A DNA stretch of 64,000 nt from the human T2T-CHM13v2.0 reference genome, Homo sapiens. The stretch lies in the NCBI RefSeq assembly GCF_009914755.1, contig NC_060927.1. One strand, 5' to 3'. The notes beneath the pieces are model-generated. The model was given only the letters and a program-made list of their open reading frames with translations, did not search any database and was not told where the DNA came from. The position numbers were made by a program, and so were the translations under genes. Position 1 is the stretch's first letter. The number at the start of each line of letters is the position of its first letter. Below, piece after piece: positions 15,301 to 32,183 of the stretch.

Positions 15301-18300
15301 AGTTATTATTTTTAACCATTTCATCTTTTCATCTTTCTACTTAAGATATGAGTAGTTTATATACCACAATTACAGAGTCATAATATTCTGTGTACTTACT
15401 ATTACCAGTGAGCTTTGTATCTTCACATGGTTTCTTATTGCTCATTGATATCTTTTTCATTCAGACAAAAAAAAAATTCCTTTTAGCATTTCTCGTGGGA
15501 CAGGACTGATGATGAAATCTCTCAGCTTTTATTTGTCTGGGGAAGTCTTTATTTCTTCTGCATGTGTGAAGGAAATTTTCATCAGGTATACTATTTTAGG
15601 ATAAAAGTTTTCTTTCCATCAACACTTTAAATGTGTCATGCCACTCTCTCTGAGCCTGTAAGGCTTCTACTGAAAAGTGTGCTGCTAGACATATTGGAGC
15701 TCCATTATATGTTATTTGTTTCTTTTCTCTTGCTGCTTTTAGAATTCTTTCTTTATTTTTGACCTTTAGGAGTTTGATTATTGAAGGTTTTGAGGTAGCC
15801 TTCTTTGGGTTAAATCTGCCTGGTGTTCTATAGCCTTCTTGTACTTGAGTATTGATATCTCTCTCTAGGATTGGGAAGTTATTTGTTATTATCCCTTTAA
15901 ATACACTTTCCACCCCTATCTCTCTATCTCCTTTTTAGGGCCTATAACTCTTAAATTTGCTCTTTTGAGGCTATCTTCTAGATATTGTTGGTGTGTTTTA
16001 TTCTTTTTTATTCATTTTCTTTTGTCTCCTTTGACTGTGTATTTTTAAATAGCCTGTCTTCTAGCTTATTATTTCTTTTTTCTGCTTGATCAATTCTGCT
16101 GTTAAGAGACTCTAATGCATTCTTCAGTATGTTAACTGCATTTTTCAACTCTAGAATTTATACTTGAGTATTTTAAATTATTTCAATTTCTTTGTTAAAC
16201 TCATCTGATAGGATTCTGAATTCCTTCTCTGTGTTAGCTTGAGTTTCGTTGAGTTTCCTCAAAACAGCTATTTCAAATGCTCTGTATGAAACGTCAAATA
16301 TCTGTCTCTCTCCAGGATTGGTCCCTGGTGCCTTGTTTAGTTCATTTGGTGACGTCATGTTTTTCTAGATGGTCTTGATGCTTGTAAATGTTCACCAGTG
16401 TCTGGGCATTGAAAAGTTAGGTATTTATCATAGTCTTTGCAGCCTGGGCTTGTCTGTACCCATCCTTCTTGGGAAGGCTTTCCAGGTATTTAAAGAGTCT
16501 TAGGTGTTGTGATCTAAGTTTGTGGTCACTGCAGCCATATCTGCATTAAGGGACCTCTCAGGCCAAGTAACACTGTAGTTCTTATAGACTTGTAGAAGTA
16601 CTGCCTTGATGGTCTTGTATAAGATCTAAAAGAATACTCTGAATTAGCAGGCAGATACTCTTGTTCTCTTTCCTTACTTTCTCCCATACAGAGTCTGTCT
16701 CTCTCTGTGTGAGCTGTGTGGAGCTGGGGGAGGAGTGACACCAGCACCCCCGTGGCTACCACCACTGGGATTGTACTCGGTCTGACTTGGAGCCAGCACA
16801 GCACTGGGCCTTGCCCAAGGCCTGCTGTAATCACTAACTGGCTATTGCCTATGTTTGGTCAAGGGCCTCAGGCTGTACAATCAATTGGTGGCAAAGCCAG
16901 GCAGTTTTTTGTCCTTCCTTTCAGGGTGGTGGCAAGTTCCCCTGGGCCCCAGGTGGGTCCAGAGATACTGTCTAGGAGTCAGGGCCTGGAGTCAGATACC
17001 TTAGAAATCTAGGTGGCACTCTATTCTACTGTGACTAAGCTAGCAACAAAAACACAAGACAAAGTTTTTCCAACTCTTCCCTCCCCTTTCCCCAGGCAGA
17101 CGAGTCTCGCCATGTTCACCACTACCACGGCCCTGTGTGCAATACTCCCGGGCTACCACCAGTGTTCCCTTAAGACCCAGGGGCTTTTCAGTCTGCTTGT
17201 GGTGAATGCTGCCAGGCCTGGGACTCTACCTTCATAGCAATGAGTTCTCCTCTGGCTCAGGGTAGGTTCAGAAATGCTTTCCAGGAGCCAAGGCCTGGAA
17301 TTAGGGATGCCAAGAGCCCTCTTGGTGCTCCTCCCCACTGTCGCCAAGCTGGTACCTAAGCTGCAAGACAAAACCCCTTTTATTCTTCCCTCTCCTTTTC
17401 TCAAGCAGAAGGAATCTCTTCTCATAGCTGCCACTTCTGTGAATATGCTGGGTCACACCTAAAGCCAGCATGTCTCAGAGTCTTAACCAAGCCCATGGTG
17501 TATACTACCTGGTTACTGCTGCTGATTATTCAGGGTTCAAGGACTCTAGTCAGCAGGTGGTGAATCCTGCCAGGAGCAGTTCCTTTTCTTAGAGGCAACA
17601 GGTTCCATCCTAGCCCAGGGTTTGTCTAGAAATGTCATCTGGAAGCTAGGTCCCGGAAAGGGGGCCTTGCACCTCTGCCTGCTGCCCTATCTACCATGGC
17701 CGAGCTGATACCCTAGTTTTAAAACAAAGTTCTCTTTACTCTTCCCTCTCCTCTCCTCAAGTGAAAAAAAAAAAAACGGGTCTCTTTTGGAACTATGAGC
17801 TATGCTGCTTGGGAGTGGGGAAGGGGTGGAACAAGTACTCCCTTAGCTGCTCTGGCAGATGTCTAATTAGGTTACACGCCCTCCAAATCCACTGGCTCTG
17901 AGCACAGCATAGCATTCAGACTTGCCTAGGAACTGCAGGCTTTATGGCCTAGACTGCCTTTCAAGTTTATTTAGATCCCATAGCACTTTACCCCCTGGCA
18001 GTGAGGCTTGCCAAAAAGCAAGTTCCAACTGCTGGGATGGGTAATTCCCCTCTGGCTAGGCCTGGTCTAAATGCTCCTTCTGTGGGCATTGGCTGAGTCT
18101 GCCCAATGTAGCTTTCCGCTGTGACAGCACAGCACTGGGTTCCAATACACAGTTTTACAATTGCTGCACTCTCCCTCCCCTAAGCACACAGATTCTCTTT
18201 CCATGCCATGCAGCTGCTGCTGTGGGGTGGGAGAAGGGTGGCATCGGCAATTCACCGCTGTCTTTCCTACTCTCTTCACTGCCTTTTTCAGCGATATGAA

Positions 18301-18444
18301 GTTAAAACCAGGTACTGTCATCTCTCAGCTGATGTTTGGTTCTTAGGAAGGTGCTTTTTTTGTGTAGATAGTTGTCAGATTTGGTGTTCCTGTGGGGAGG
18401 ATGATCAATGGAGGCTTCTATTCAGCTATCTTGCTCCACCTCCT
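12373..18444 (-). mobile_element. L1MA (L1MA1-3-like) LINE with both ends and an internal ~1.9 kb ORF2 deletion
   Basis: 3' end tttatgggtacatagtaggtgtatatatttatg; ORF2 C-terminal remnant (13105-13293 [17 protein letters not shown]); ORF1 remnant (15596-15913 RILKAAREKKQITY); 5' end on minus strand GGTGGAGCAAGATAGCTGAATAGAAGCCTCC; TSD ccagat(g/c)ttttct at 12360-12372 and 18445-18457. Confidence 0.9.
14549..14850 (-). mobile_element. AluY-like SINE inside L1MA
   Basis: poly-T, gctcactgcaagctctgcc, cgtgttagccaggatggtctcgatctcctgacctcgtga diagnostics; ends gcgcccggcc. Confidence 0.95.
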
Positions 18445-19344
18445 CCAGATCTTTTCTGACATCACTGTAGTTTCTCTAACTGCCCCAACCCACAGTTGTC
18501 TCTCCCTCTTCCTCTAAAGTGTGTATCAGCTATTGCACTTATTCTGACGTGTAGAATATACAGCTAGTCATCCATGAATATCTGTGTACTCCCCAGGTAA
18601 GAAGTGAGTCCCATGAAAAGGGCTGAATTTTCCACCTTTTTTCCCTTACCAAGGTATAGAATTTGTCACCCAAGCAACAAAAAATGCATATGGATGTTGG
18701 CGATGACAAATATTAATAGCTGATTTAAGGATAGATGATACACAAAGAGGAAAAAACAAATGGACAAATAGAAAACAAAAGCATGGGGTAACTGATACAT
18801 ACCTTGAAAAATCCTCAACTACACACATGAACAACAACAATATCAATTACAACAACCACAAAACTATGCATGGGAAATAAACACCAAAACCAAGAAGACA
18901 TTGAAAATCTGGATTACTTAATGACATTTTCTCCTTCTCTCTTCCATGTATCCCTGTTCCTGCCCTGCTCTGTAACCAAGTTTCACACATGGTTAAGAGA
19001 AATTACCTATGCTTTCTCAATTTTTCCATTAGGAACTTGTGACACCCTTATAATAAAATACTTATTTCATTTGACTTACAAGAGTAATTACATGGACATT
19101 GTAAAAACCAGAAAATACAGTACTTGGAGCATAAGGTAAGAACTTTTTTTTTTCTTTTAACTAGGAAATTTATTTGACAAAATCTTAATGACAGATTTGA
19201 AGGTTTTAAATAAAAAAATAACTATCTCTGTGATGTAGTCAAAAGTGTCTTTGAATATCAGTCAGGATACCTGGATGATGGCTCAAACTCTACCATTAAG
19301 TAGTTTTGTGGAAAGTTATTTAACATTTCCTGGGTTTTTGTTTT

Positions 19345-22300
19345 ACAGATTTATTGTGGTATAATTGACAAGTAAAATTACGTACATTTAAGGTGTATAA
19401 CTTGATGATTTGACATATGCATACATTGTGAAATAATCACCACAACCAAGGTAATTAACATATTTGTCATCTCACATAGTTACCATTTTTCTTTTATTTT
19501 TTTCTGGTGAGAACACTTAAGATTTAATTTCTTAGCAAATTTCAAGTATACAATGCAGTATTGTTAATTTCAGTCACCATGCTGTCTGTGGATCTCCAGA
19601 ACTTAGCGATCTTGCGTAACAGAACCTTTGTACCCTTTAACTAACATGTCAACATTTTCCTTGTCCCAGGCTCCTGGCAACCATCATTCTACTCTCTGCT
19701 TCTATGAGTTTTACTATTTCAGATTTCATGTATAAGTGAGATCAGACAGTACAGGTATACTTTGAAGATATTATGAATTCAGTTCACACCACTAGAATAA
19801 AGAAAATATTCCAATAAGTTTGTTTATTTCCCAGTGCATATAAAAGTTATGTTTACATTACACTGTGTTCATATTAAATGTACAATAGCATGTCTAAAAA
19901 GTAATGTACACACCTTAATTTAAAAATACTTTATTGCTAAAAAAGTGCTAATGAATATCTGAGCATTCAGTGAGTAATCTTTTTGTTAGTGGAGGGTCTT
20001 GCTTTGATGTTGATGGCTGCTGACTGACCAGAATGGTGGTTGCTGAAGGATGGGGTGGCTGTGGCAATTTCTTAAAATAAGATGACAATGAAATTTGTCA
20101 TATCAGTTGACTGTTCCTTTCATGAAAGTGTTCTCTATAGCAAGCAATGCTATTTGATAGCATTTTACTCACAATAGAACTTCTTTGAAAATTGGAGTCA
20201 ATCCTCTCAAACTCTGCCACTGCTTGATCAACCAAGCTTACGGAATATTCTGAATCATTTGTTGTCATTTCAAGAATATTCACAGCATCTTTACCAGGAG
20301 TAGATTCCATCTTAAGAAACTACTTTCTTTGCTCATTCATAAGAAACAACTCCTTATCTGTTCATGTCTGACCATGAGTTGCATCAATTCTGTTACATCT
20401 TCTGCCTCCACTATTAATTCCAGTTTTCTTTGCTATTTCTACTGTATCTGTAGTTACTTCCTCCACTAGAGTCTTGAACCCCTCAAAGTCATCCATGAGG
20501 GCTGGAATCAACTTCTTTCAAAATCCTGCTAATGTTGATATTTGACATCCTCCTATAAATCACAAATGTTCTTAATGGCATCTAGAATGGTGAGTTTTTT
20601 TTTTCAAGAAGGTTTTAAGTTTATTTTGCCCACATCCATCATAAAATCACTATGTATGGCAGCTGTAGCCTTATGAAATGTATTTCCTAAATAATAAGAC
20701 TTGAAAGTGAAAATTACTCCTTAATCCATGGGTTGTGGAATGGATGTTGTATTAGCAGGCATGAAAACAACATTAATCCCCTTGTACATTTCTATCAGAG
20801 CTCTTGGGTGACCAGGTGCATTGTCAATGAGTGGTAATATTTTGAAATATGTCTTTTTTTCTAAGGAGTAAGTCTAAGAAGTTGGCTTGAAAACATTCAG
20901 CAAACCATGTTGTAAACAGATGTGCTGTCATCCAGGCTTTGTTGTTCCATTTAGAGCACAGGCAGAGTAGATTTAGCATAATTCTTAAGGACCCTAGGGT
21001 TTTGGGATAGTAAATGAGTATTGGCTTCAGCTTAAAAGTCACCAGCTGCATTAGCCCCTATTAAGAGAGTCAGCCTGTCCTTTGAAGCTTTGAAGACCAA
21101 CATTTACTTCTCCTCTCTAGCTATGAAAGTCCTAGATGGCATCTTCTTACAAAAGAAGGCTATTTTGTCTACATTGAAAACATGTTGTTTAGTGTTGTTA
21201 ATAATTATCTTAGCTAGATCTTTTGGATAAGTTGCTGTAGCTTCTATTTAGTACTTACTGCTTCACCTTGCACTTTTATGTTATGGAGATGGCTTCTTTC
21301 CTTAAAACTCATGCATCAACCTCTGCTAGCTTTAAACTTTTCATCTGTAGCTTTCCCACCTCTCTTAGCCTTTTGAATTGAAAAGAATTATGGCCTTGCT
21401 CTGGATTGTGCTTTTTATTAAGGGAATGTTGTGGCTGGTTTGATCTTCTATCCAAACCGCTAAAACTTTTTCGCTATCAGCAATAAGGCTCTTTTGCTTT
21501 CTTATCATTTATGTGTTCACTAGATAAGCACTTTTAATTTCCTTCAGGAATTTTTCCTTTGCATTCACAACTTGGCTGTTTGGCAAAAGTGGCCTAGCTT
21601 TTGGCCTGTCTAGGCTTTTGACATGCCTTCTTCACTAAGCTTAATAATTTCTAGCTTTTGATTTGAAGTGAGAGATGTGTGCCTCTTCCTTTCACTGAGA
21701 GGCCATTGTAGGGTAATTAATTGGGTTGATTTCAATATTGTTGTATCTCAGGGAATAGAAAGGCCCAAGGAAAAAGAGGGAGATGAGGGAATAGCTGGTT
21801 GGTAGAGCACTGAGAACACACACAACATTTAACAATTAAATTTGCCATCTTATATGGGTACAGATTGTGGCACCCAAAACAATGACAGTAGTAACATCAA
21901 AGATCACTGATGATAGATCACCATAACAGATGTAATAATAGTGAAAAGTTTAAAATGTTGTGAGAATTACCAAAATATGACACAGAGACATGAAGTGAGT
22001 GTATGCTATTGGAAAAATGGCACCAGTTGACTTGCTCCATGCAGGGTTGTTCACAACTTTTCAGTTTATAAAAAATGCAGTATGTGTGAAGTGCAATAAA
22101 GCAAAACACATTAAGATGAGGTATGCCTGTATTTGTTCTTCTGTTTCTAGCTTTTTTCACTTAGCATAGTGTCCTCCAGGTTCATCTGTGTTGTTGCAAA
22201 TGGTGGAATTTTCTTCTGTTTAAGGGCTAAATAATATTCTATTGTATATATACCACATTTAAAAAAACCCATTCATCCATTGAGAGGCACTCAGATTGCT

Positions 22301-22580
22301 TCCACATCTTGGCTATTGTGAATAGTGCTGCAACAAACACAGGACTGCAGATATCTCTTCAAGATGCTGATTTCATCTCCTTTGGGTATATACCCAGTAG
22401 TGGGATTGCTGGGTTACTTAGCAGTTCTATTATTAGCTTGCTGAAGAACCTCCATATCATTTTTCCATAGTTGGGCGTACTAATTTACATTCCCACCAAC
22501 AGTGTACAAGAGTTCCCACATCCTTGCCAATACTTGTTATCTCTTGTCCTTTTGATGGATAGCAACAGGTGTGAGGTGAT
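19345..22580 (-). mobile_element. L1M (L1MA8/9-MB-like) 3' fragment interrupted by Tigger1
   Basis: L1 3'UTR reads continuously across the Tigger1: ...tataagtgagatcagacagta | tttgttcttctgtttctagcttttttcacttagcatag... Confidence 0.85.
19752..22129 (-). mobile_element. Tigger1 DNA transposon, full length (~2.38 kb), transposase disrupted
   Basis: Terminal inverted repeats CAGGTATACTTTG... and ...GAGGTATGCCTG, TA duplication at 19750-19751 and 22130-22131; transposase remnants 20098-20310 ([16 protein letters not shown]...FERIDSNF) and 20824-21051 (KLKP...NNKAWMT). Confidence 0.95.
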
Positions 22581-23818
22581 AGAACATTTATGTTCCCAAA
22601 ATGCATTTCATTTTACCTGTGATGAAAAGCTGAGGGCGTCTCCTACATTAACTTTCTGTGATCTGACAAATTTAAGAACTTAACTGTTACAGAATTTCAT
22701 AGGATCTTGGATCTGCCCTTTTTACAACATTCTTCCTTCAAAAATGAATGGAATAAAAAAGAAGTGAGAAAATACGCCTATTTATAAAAATATATTAGAT
22801 GTTATGAGATAAAGAGACATGTAATAATGGCTTTTCTCACCCGAAGAAGATGAACAAATTTGAACAGAAACAAATAGATTTTGGCTTATTAACTTATTTC
22901 TTGAAAGACCTTCAGGTTAGATATTTTTCTCCATCCCATCATGCGAGGTTAGCTTTATGTGGGAAGCTCCTCCAGAGTCTGGTTCACTGTAGTTTTCAAG
23001 GGTGAAGATAAATGTTTATGTAACTCCACCTATAGAATAGTTACTTTTGAGTCCAATTAGACTAGCTTCACGAAGTCTATTTTTTCCCCCTTTCCTTTGA
23101 AATGAGATAATGGATGTGGAAGTTTTTAACACAGTGCTTGCAACATAGCGGGTGCTCAAAAAACATTTTCTTTTTTCCTTCCCTCCTTCATTTAATTTGT
23201 AGTATTTTAGATTTAAATTGCCATAAAATGAGAGTTCGTAATGTACCATTTTAGAAATCATCATAGTTCATCAATTCTCTGAAGCATATTTTTAAAATTT
23301 TGCTGAAATTGTGAAATCATTTTTAACTGCTGCTGGCCAGGCAGCTGTCATGATCTGGTTGCTAATGCCTGTAAGTGAGCATCAAAACTCGCAGAGTCGG
23401 TGTCACCAGATTGGAAAAAAGTCTCAGAGACAAAAGTTCAGCATGCTTTCAAAAAAAAATGCTACATCATCAACACAAAGGATGGCTGGGTGGAAAGACA
23501 TGGACATTAATAATGCTCAGTAAAACATTCATAATTTCAAATTCTGAATGTAAACAAATTTGGGAATACTTTATTTTATTTTTTTATTTATTTTTATTTA
23601 TTTTTTATTTTTATTATACTTTTAAGTTTTAGGGTACATGTGCACATTGTGCAGGTTAGTTACATATGTATACATGTGCCATGCTGGTGCGCTTCACCCA
23701 CTAACTCATCATCTAGCATTAGGTATATCTCCCGATGCTATCCCTCCCCCCTCCCACCACCCCACAACAGTCCCCAGAGTGTGATATTCCCCTTCCTGTG
23801 TCCATGTGATCTCATTGT

Positions 23819-27641
<3,823 letters not shown>

Positions 27642-27704
27642 TATGATGTTAGCTGGTTATTTTGCTCGTTAGTTGATGCAGTTTCTTCCTAGTCTTGATG
27701 GTCT

Positions 27705-28721
27705 TTACATTTTGGCATGATTTTGCAGCGGCTGGTACTGGTTGTTCCTTTCCATGTTTAGTGCTTCCTTCAGGAGCTCTTGTAAGGCAGGCCTGGTGGT
27801 GACAAAATCTCTCAGCATTTGCTTGTCTGTAAAGTATTTTATTTCTCCTTCACTTATGAAGCTTAGTTTGGCTGGATATGAAATTCTGGGTTGAAAATTC
27901 TTTTCTTTAAGAGTGTTGAATATTGGCCCCCACTCTCTTCTGGCTTGTAGGGTTTCTGCTGAGAGATCTGCTGTTAGTCTGATGGGCTTCCCTTTGAGGG
28001 TAACCCGACCCTTCTCTCTGGCTTCCCTTAACATTTTTTCCTTCATTTCAACTTTGGTGAATCTGACAATTATGTGTCTTGGAGTTGCTCTTCTCGAGGA
28101 GTATCTTTGTGGCGTTCTCTGTATTTCCTGAATCTGAACGTTGGCCTGCCTTGCTAGATTGGGGAAGTTCTCCTGGATAATATCCTGCAGAGTGTTTTCC
28201 AAGTTGGTTCCATTCTCCCCATCACTTTCAGGTACACCAATCAGACGTAGATTTGGTCTTTTCACATAGTCCCATATTTCTTGGAGGCTTTGCTCATTTC
28301 TTTTTATTCTTTTTTCTCTAGACTTCCCCTCTCGCTTCATTTCATTCATTTCATCTTCTATCGCTGATACCCTTTCTTCCAGTTGATCGCATTGGCTCCT
28401 GAGGCTTCTGCATTCTTCACGTAGTTCTGGAGCCTTGGTTTTCAGCTCCATCAGCTCCTTTAAGCACTTCTCTGTATTGTTTATTCTAGTTATACATTCT
28501 TCTAAATTTTTTTCAAAGTTTTCAACTTCTTTGCCTTTGGTTTGAATGTCCTCCCGTAGCTCAGAGTAATTTGATCGTCTGAAGCCTTCTTCTCTCAGCT
28601 CGTCAAAGTCATTCTCCATCCAGCTTTGTTCCGTTGCTGGTGAGGAACTGCGTTCCTTTGGAGGAGGAGAGGTGCTCTGCTTTTTAGAGTTTCCAGTTTT
28701 TCTGTTCTGTTTTTTCCCCAT
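27705..28721 (-). CDS. L1 ORF1p, 338 aa, open
   Basis: Full-length MGKKQNRKTGNSK...QNHAKM with REKG, ARR and YPAKLS motifs intact. Confidence 0.93.
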   Translation of the reverse strand: MGKKQNRKTGNSKKQSTSPPPKERSSSPATEQSWMENDFDELREEGFRRSNYSELREDIQTKGKEVENFEKNLEECITRINNTEKCLKELMELKTKAPELREECRSLRSQCDQLEERVSAIEDEMNEMKREGKSREKRIKRNEQSLQEIWDYVKRPNLRLIGVPESDGENGTNLENTLQDIIQENFPNLARQANVQIQEIQRTPQRYSSRRATPRHIIVRFTKVEMKEKMLREAREKGRVTLKGKPIRLTADLSAETLQARREWGPIFNTLKEKNFQPRISYPAKLSFISEGEIKYFTDKQMLRDFVTTRPALQELLKEALNMERNNQYQPLQNHAKM

Positions 28722-29625
28722 CTTTGTGGTTTTTATCTACTTTTGGTCTTTGATGATGGTGATGTACAGATGGGTTTTTGGTGTGGGTGTCCTTTCTGTT
28801 TGTTAGTTTTCCTTCTAACAGACAGGACCCTCAGCTGCAGGTCTGTTGGAGTACCCTGCCGTGTGAGGTGTCAGTGTGCCCCTGCTGGGGGGTGCCTTCC
28901 AGTTAGGCTGCTCAGGGGTCAGGGGTCAGGGACCCACTTGAGGAGGCAGTCTGCCCGTTCTCAGATCTCCAGCTGCGTGCTCGGAGAACCACTGCTCTCT
29001 TCAAAGCTGTCAGACAGGGACATGTAAGTCTGCAGAAGTTACTGCTGTCTTTTTGTTTGTCTGTGTCCTGCCCCCAGAGGTGGAGCCTACAGAGGCAGGC
29101 AGGCCTCCTTGAGCTGTGGTGGGCTCCACCCAGTTTGAGCTTCCAGGCTGCTTTGTTTACCTAATCAAGCCTGGGCAATGGCGGGCTCCCCTCCCCCAGC
29201 CTCGCTGCTGCCTTGCAGTTTGATCTCAGACTGCTGTGCTAGCAATCAGCGAGACTCCGTGGGCGTAGGACCCTCGGAGCCAGGTGTGGGATATAGTCTC
29301 GTGATGCGCCGTTTTTTAAGCCCGTCGGAAAAGTGCAGTATTCGGGTGGGAGTGACCCGATTTTCCAGGTGCGTCCGTCACCCCTTTCTTTGACTCAGAA
29401 AGGGAACTCCCTGACCCCTTGTGCTTCCCAAGTGAGGCAATGCCTCACCCTGCTTCGGCTCGCGCACGATGCGCGCACCCACTGACCTGCGCCCACAGTC
29501 TGGCACTCCCTAGTGAGATGAACCCGGTACCTCAGATGGAAATGCAGAAATCACCCGTCTTCGTCGCTCTTGCTGGGAGCTGTAGACCAGAGCTGTTCCT
29601 ATTCGGCCATCTTGGCTCCTCCCCC
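28722..29625. promoter_or_regulatory. L1 5'UTR: sense promoter (minus strand) and antisense promoter (plus strand)
   Basis: CpG-retaining L1PA 5'UTR; intact YY1 site (ggccatctt 29605-29613); bidirectional promoter activity of this region is established for L1HS/L1PA. Confidence 0.8.
29178..29393 (+). CDS. L1 ORF0, 71 aa, open
   Basis: MAGSPPPASLLPCSLISDCCASNQRDSVGVGPSEPG...RCVRHPFL matches primate L1 ORF0; strong Kozak gcaATGG; both splice donors present (after 29283 and 29368). Confidence 0.85.
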   Translation: MAGSPPPASLLPCSLISDCCASNQRDSVGVGPSEPGVGYSLVMRRFLSPSEKCSIRVGVTRFSRCVRHPFL

Positions 29626-30137
29626 GGGGAATACTTTAACCAATTTTTTTCTGTCGTATTTTCTTTTTATATATGTACAAGAGTGAAACTGGAGGGAGGC
29701 AGCGTGAGTTTAAAAAGATTCTTTTGATTAATTGAAAATAAACAAGGGATAAGAAAGCATTATGTCATAAGTGACCACATTTTTAATATTAGTGATATAT
29801 AAAATAAATGTGTACTCGGGTTGATATTATTTTACAGTAGTTGAAATATAATAATTCCACTTATCTTTGAAAACAAATTCTCTGTGAGTTAAGGTCTTTA
29901 GATAAATCTCTTATCCAAAGACATGGCCAATATTTATGCCATCTTGTTCTAACATAAGACAATGGCAAAAATTATACTAATGACTAATAATTTAGGAAAA
30001 ACTAATGACAGTTGTAAAAAATAAACTGACCATGTGTCCCTGTCTCCTCTCAGTGCTATGTCCAGGTTCCAGACAAGCTTATGAGAAGTTAACTACCATG
30101 AAGAGGCCTGAACAAAATAATCTGAATTGTGAATTTC

Positions 30138-30438
30138 TTTTTTTGGTGGGGGGGATGGGGGGTCTCACTTTGTCACTAGGTTGAGTGCAGTGGCGTGACT
30201 CTTGGCTCACTGCAACCTCTGCCTCACAGGCTCAAGTGATCCTCCCACCTCAGCCTCCTGGGTGCCTGGGACCACAAGTAGGGGCCATCATGCCCAGCTA
30301 ATTTTTTGTATTTTTTGATAGAGACAGGGTTTCACCATGTTGCCCAGGCTGGTCTCCAACTCCTGAGCTCAGTCAATCCACCTAAGCCTTGGCCTCCCAA
30401 AGTGTTGTGATTATAGGTATGAGCCACCGCACCCGGTC
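30138..30438 (-). mobile_element. AluJ-like SINE
   Basis: ggctcaagtgatcctcccacctcagcc J diagnostic; TSD tgaatttc on both sides. Confidence 0.9.
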
Positions 30439-31444
30439 TGAATTTCCTATTTTTCACACTTGCTTCCTGTAACACTATGGCACCTTGCCTTGAGCATATA
30501 AAGTGTTATGTAAATATCAGAGGTCTGCTATATCAGAGTGTTCAAATTCAGGAAATAATCATTAGTGGCTGTAGATATAGTTTAAATGTTAATTGGAAAG
30601 CACACCTATCCTTTGATTAATTATGCTATGGTCCTGGACATGTGGCTGGTAGTGTGAGAAAATCTGTATTAAGCCTGCCTTCAGAGTTTCTCAGTGGAGG
30701 TTCTCTGGTGAGCCTGTTTTTCCAGGGAAGTAGGAGGGTAGACATCTGGAAGTTTGTTCTATTCAGCAGAGCCTTGATATTTCCAATATGGCTTCTCCAT
30801 TTTACTTTGCCTGTTATTCAAAATGCTGTGCTCATGCAAATGTGGGCCCATACTAATTTTTATAGCTGGTTCAATTTCTCAGAATATAATAAATTGCTCT
30901 TCAAACCCATGTTTTAAGAATTTCTGATGAATAGCAAACTTGCATCCTAGAAATTCTTTTAATCACAAATGATAGGCACAAAAAGTGGCTTGCCATCTGT
31001 ATACTCACATGTTTAAAATTCTTCTAATATTAGCATTCTTTTCTGTTTTGGATAAACCCAATTTTGCCTGGCTGCATAATTGAGTGTTTTCTGTCCCCTG
31101 TTGGCTGTGGTTTCCAATGGAATATAAACCGTAAATTCTGAGTGGACCCAGCAAAAAATGTTTGGTTCTGACTTTACTGGCAACAAATTGAATCAATCAA
31201 TAACTTGCCAGGTGATAGGAAAAAAATTTTTTTAAGCAACAGGAATAAATTATCGTGAAGTATTTGAAAATGTTGGTAAAAGACATACTCAAAAGCATAG
31301 GTGATTTAGTTGTTCTAAAATCTTTAGTCTTTTTAAATGGAAATTATTTCTATCACTTATAAAAATATCGGGGTTTCTTTTAAACTATATTCATAAAGTG
31401 ACATGATTTAAAGCCCCTCTCATAAGGAAGTTCTTGCAGTGGGG

Positions 31445-31735
31445 ATCACTATGCACAGTGGGTAAGAACCAAGTCTCTGGAGGTAGGCTGCCTCAAGTTA
31501 AATTGTAGTGTGCCTGTGTCACTTTAGGCAAGTTATTTAACTTCTCTGAGTCTCATGTTTCTTCATTTGTAGAATGGGGTTGATAATGATAACACCTTTC
31601 CCAGAGAACCACGTTCTTGCACCATTTTATCTCTCTGAGGATACTGAGGCTTAGGGAGGTTAAGCATCCTGCTAAATGGCACACGGGAAGGCGGGGCAGA
31701 GTAGAGCTGGGATTCACACCCAACTCCAACTGACT
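31445..31735. mobile_element. MIR fragments in opposite orientations
   Basis: ggcaagttatttaacttctctgagtctcatgtttcttcatttgtagaatgggg, then ccattttat...gatactgaggcttagggaggttaag. Confidence 0.7.
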
Positions 31736-32183
31736 GCACACCCTAAAGTCCTTTGAGTTACCATGAAGACTCTAAGATGAGCATGAGGAGACAGGGCACT
31801 GGCATAGGAGTTATGTAGCCTGTGATCTGTTCCTAACCAGTTCTGTCACCATGACCCAATATGGGAGACATTAATGCCAAAGAATTCCACATGTTACATA
31901 ACAAATAGGGACCAGCTGAGACTCAGGCAAAGTGTAGGAGTAAGTCATTATTTGGCCCCGTGCAATGTTGCAACCTCCGTATCAAAAAAAAAAAAAAAAA
32001 AACTACCCCAGGGCGTCCACAAAACAAGAGGAAATCAGTTTTACGAAGTAATAAATCCTCTATATGGTGACTCTTGATAAAAGAAGTGGTGATTTTCAAG
32101 AACTTTATTATTAAATAATGACAACTATCGTTATCATTCACGCTATACATCCTATATACAATGTGCTCCAAAAAAGAGCTCCA

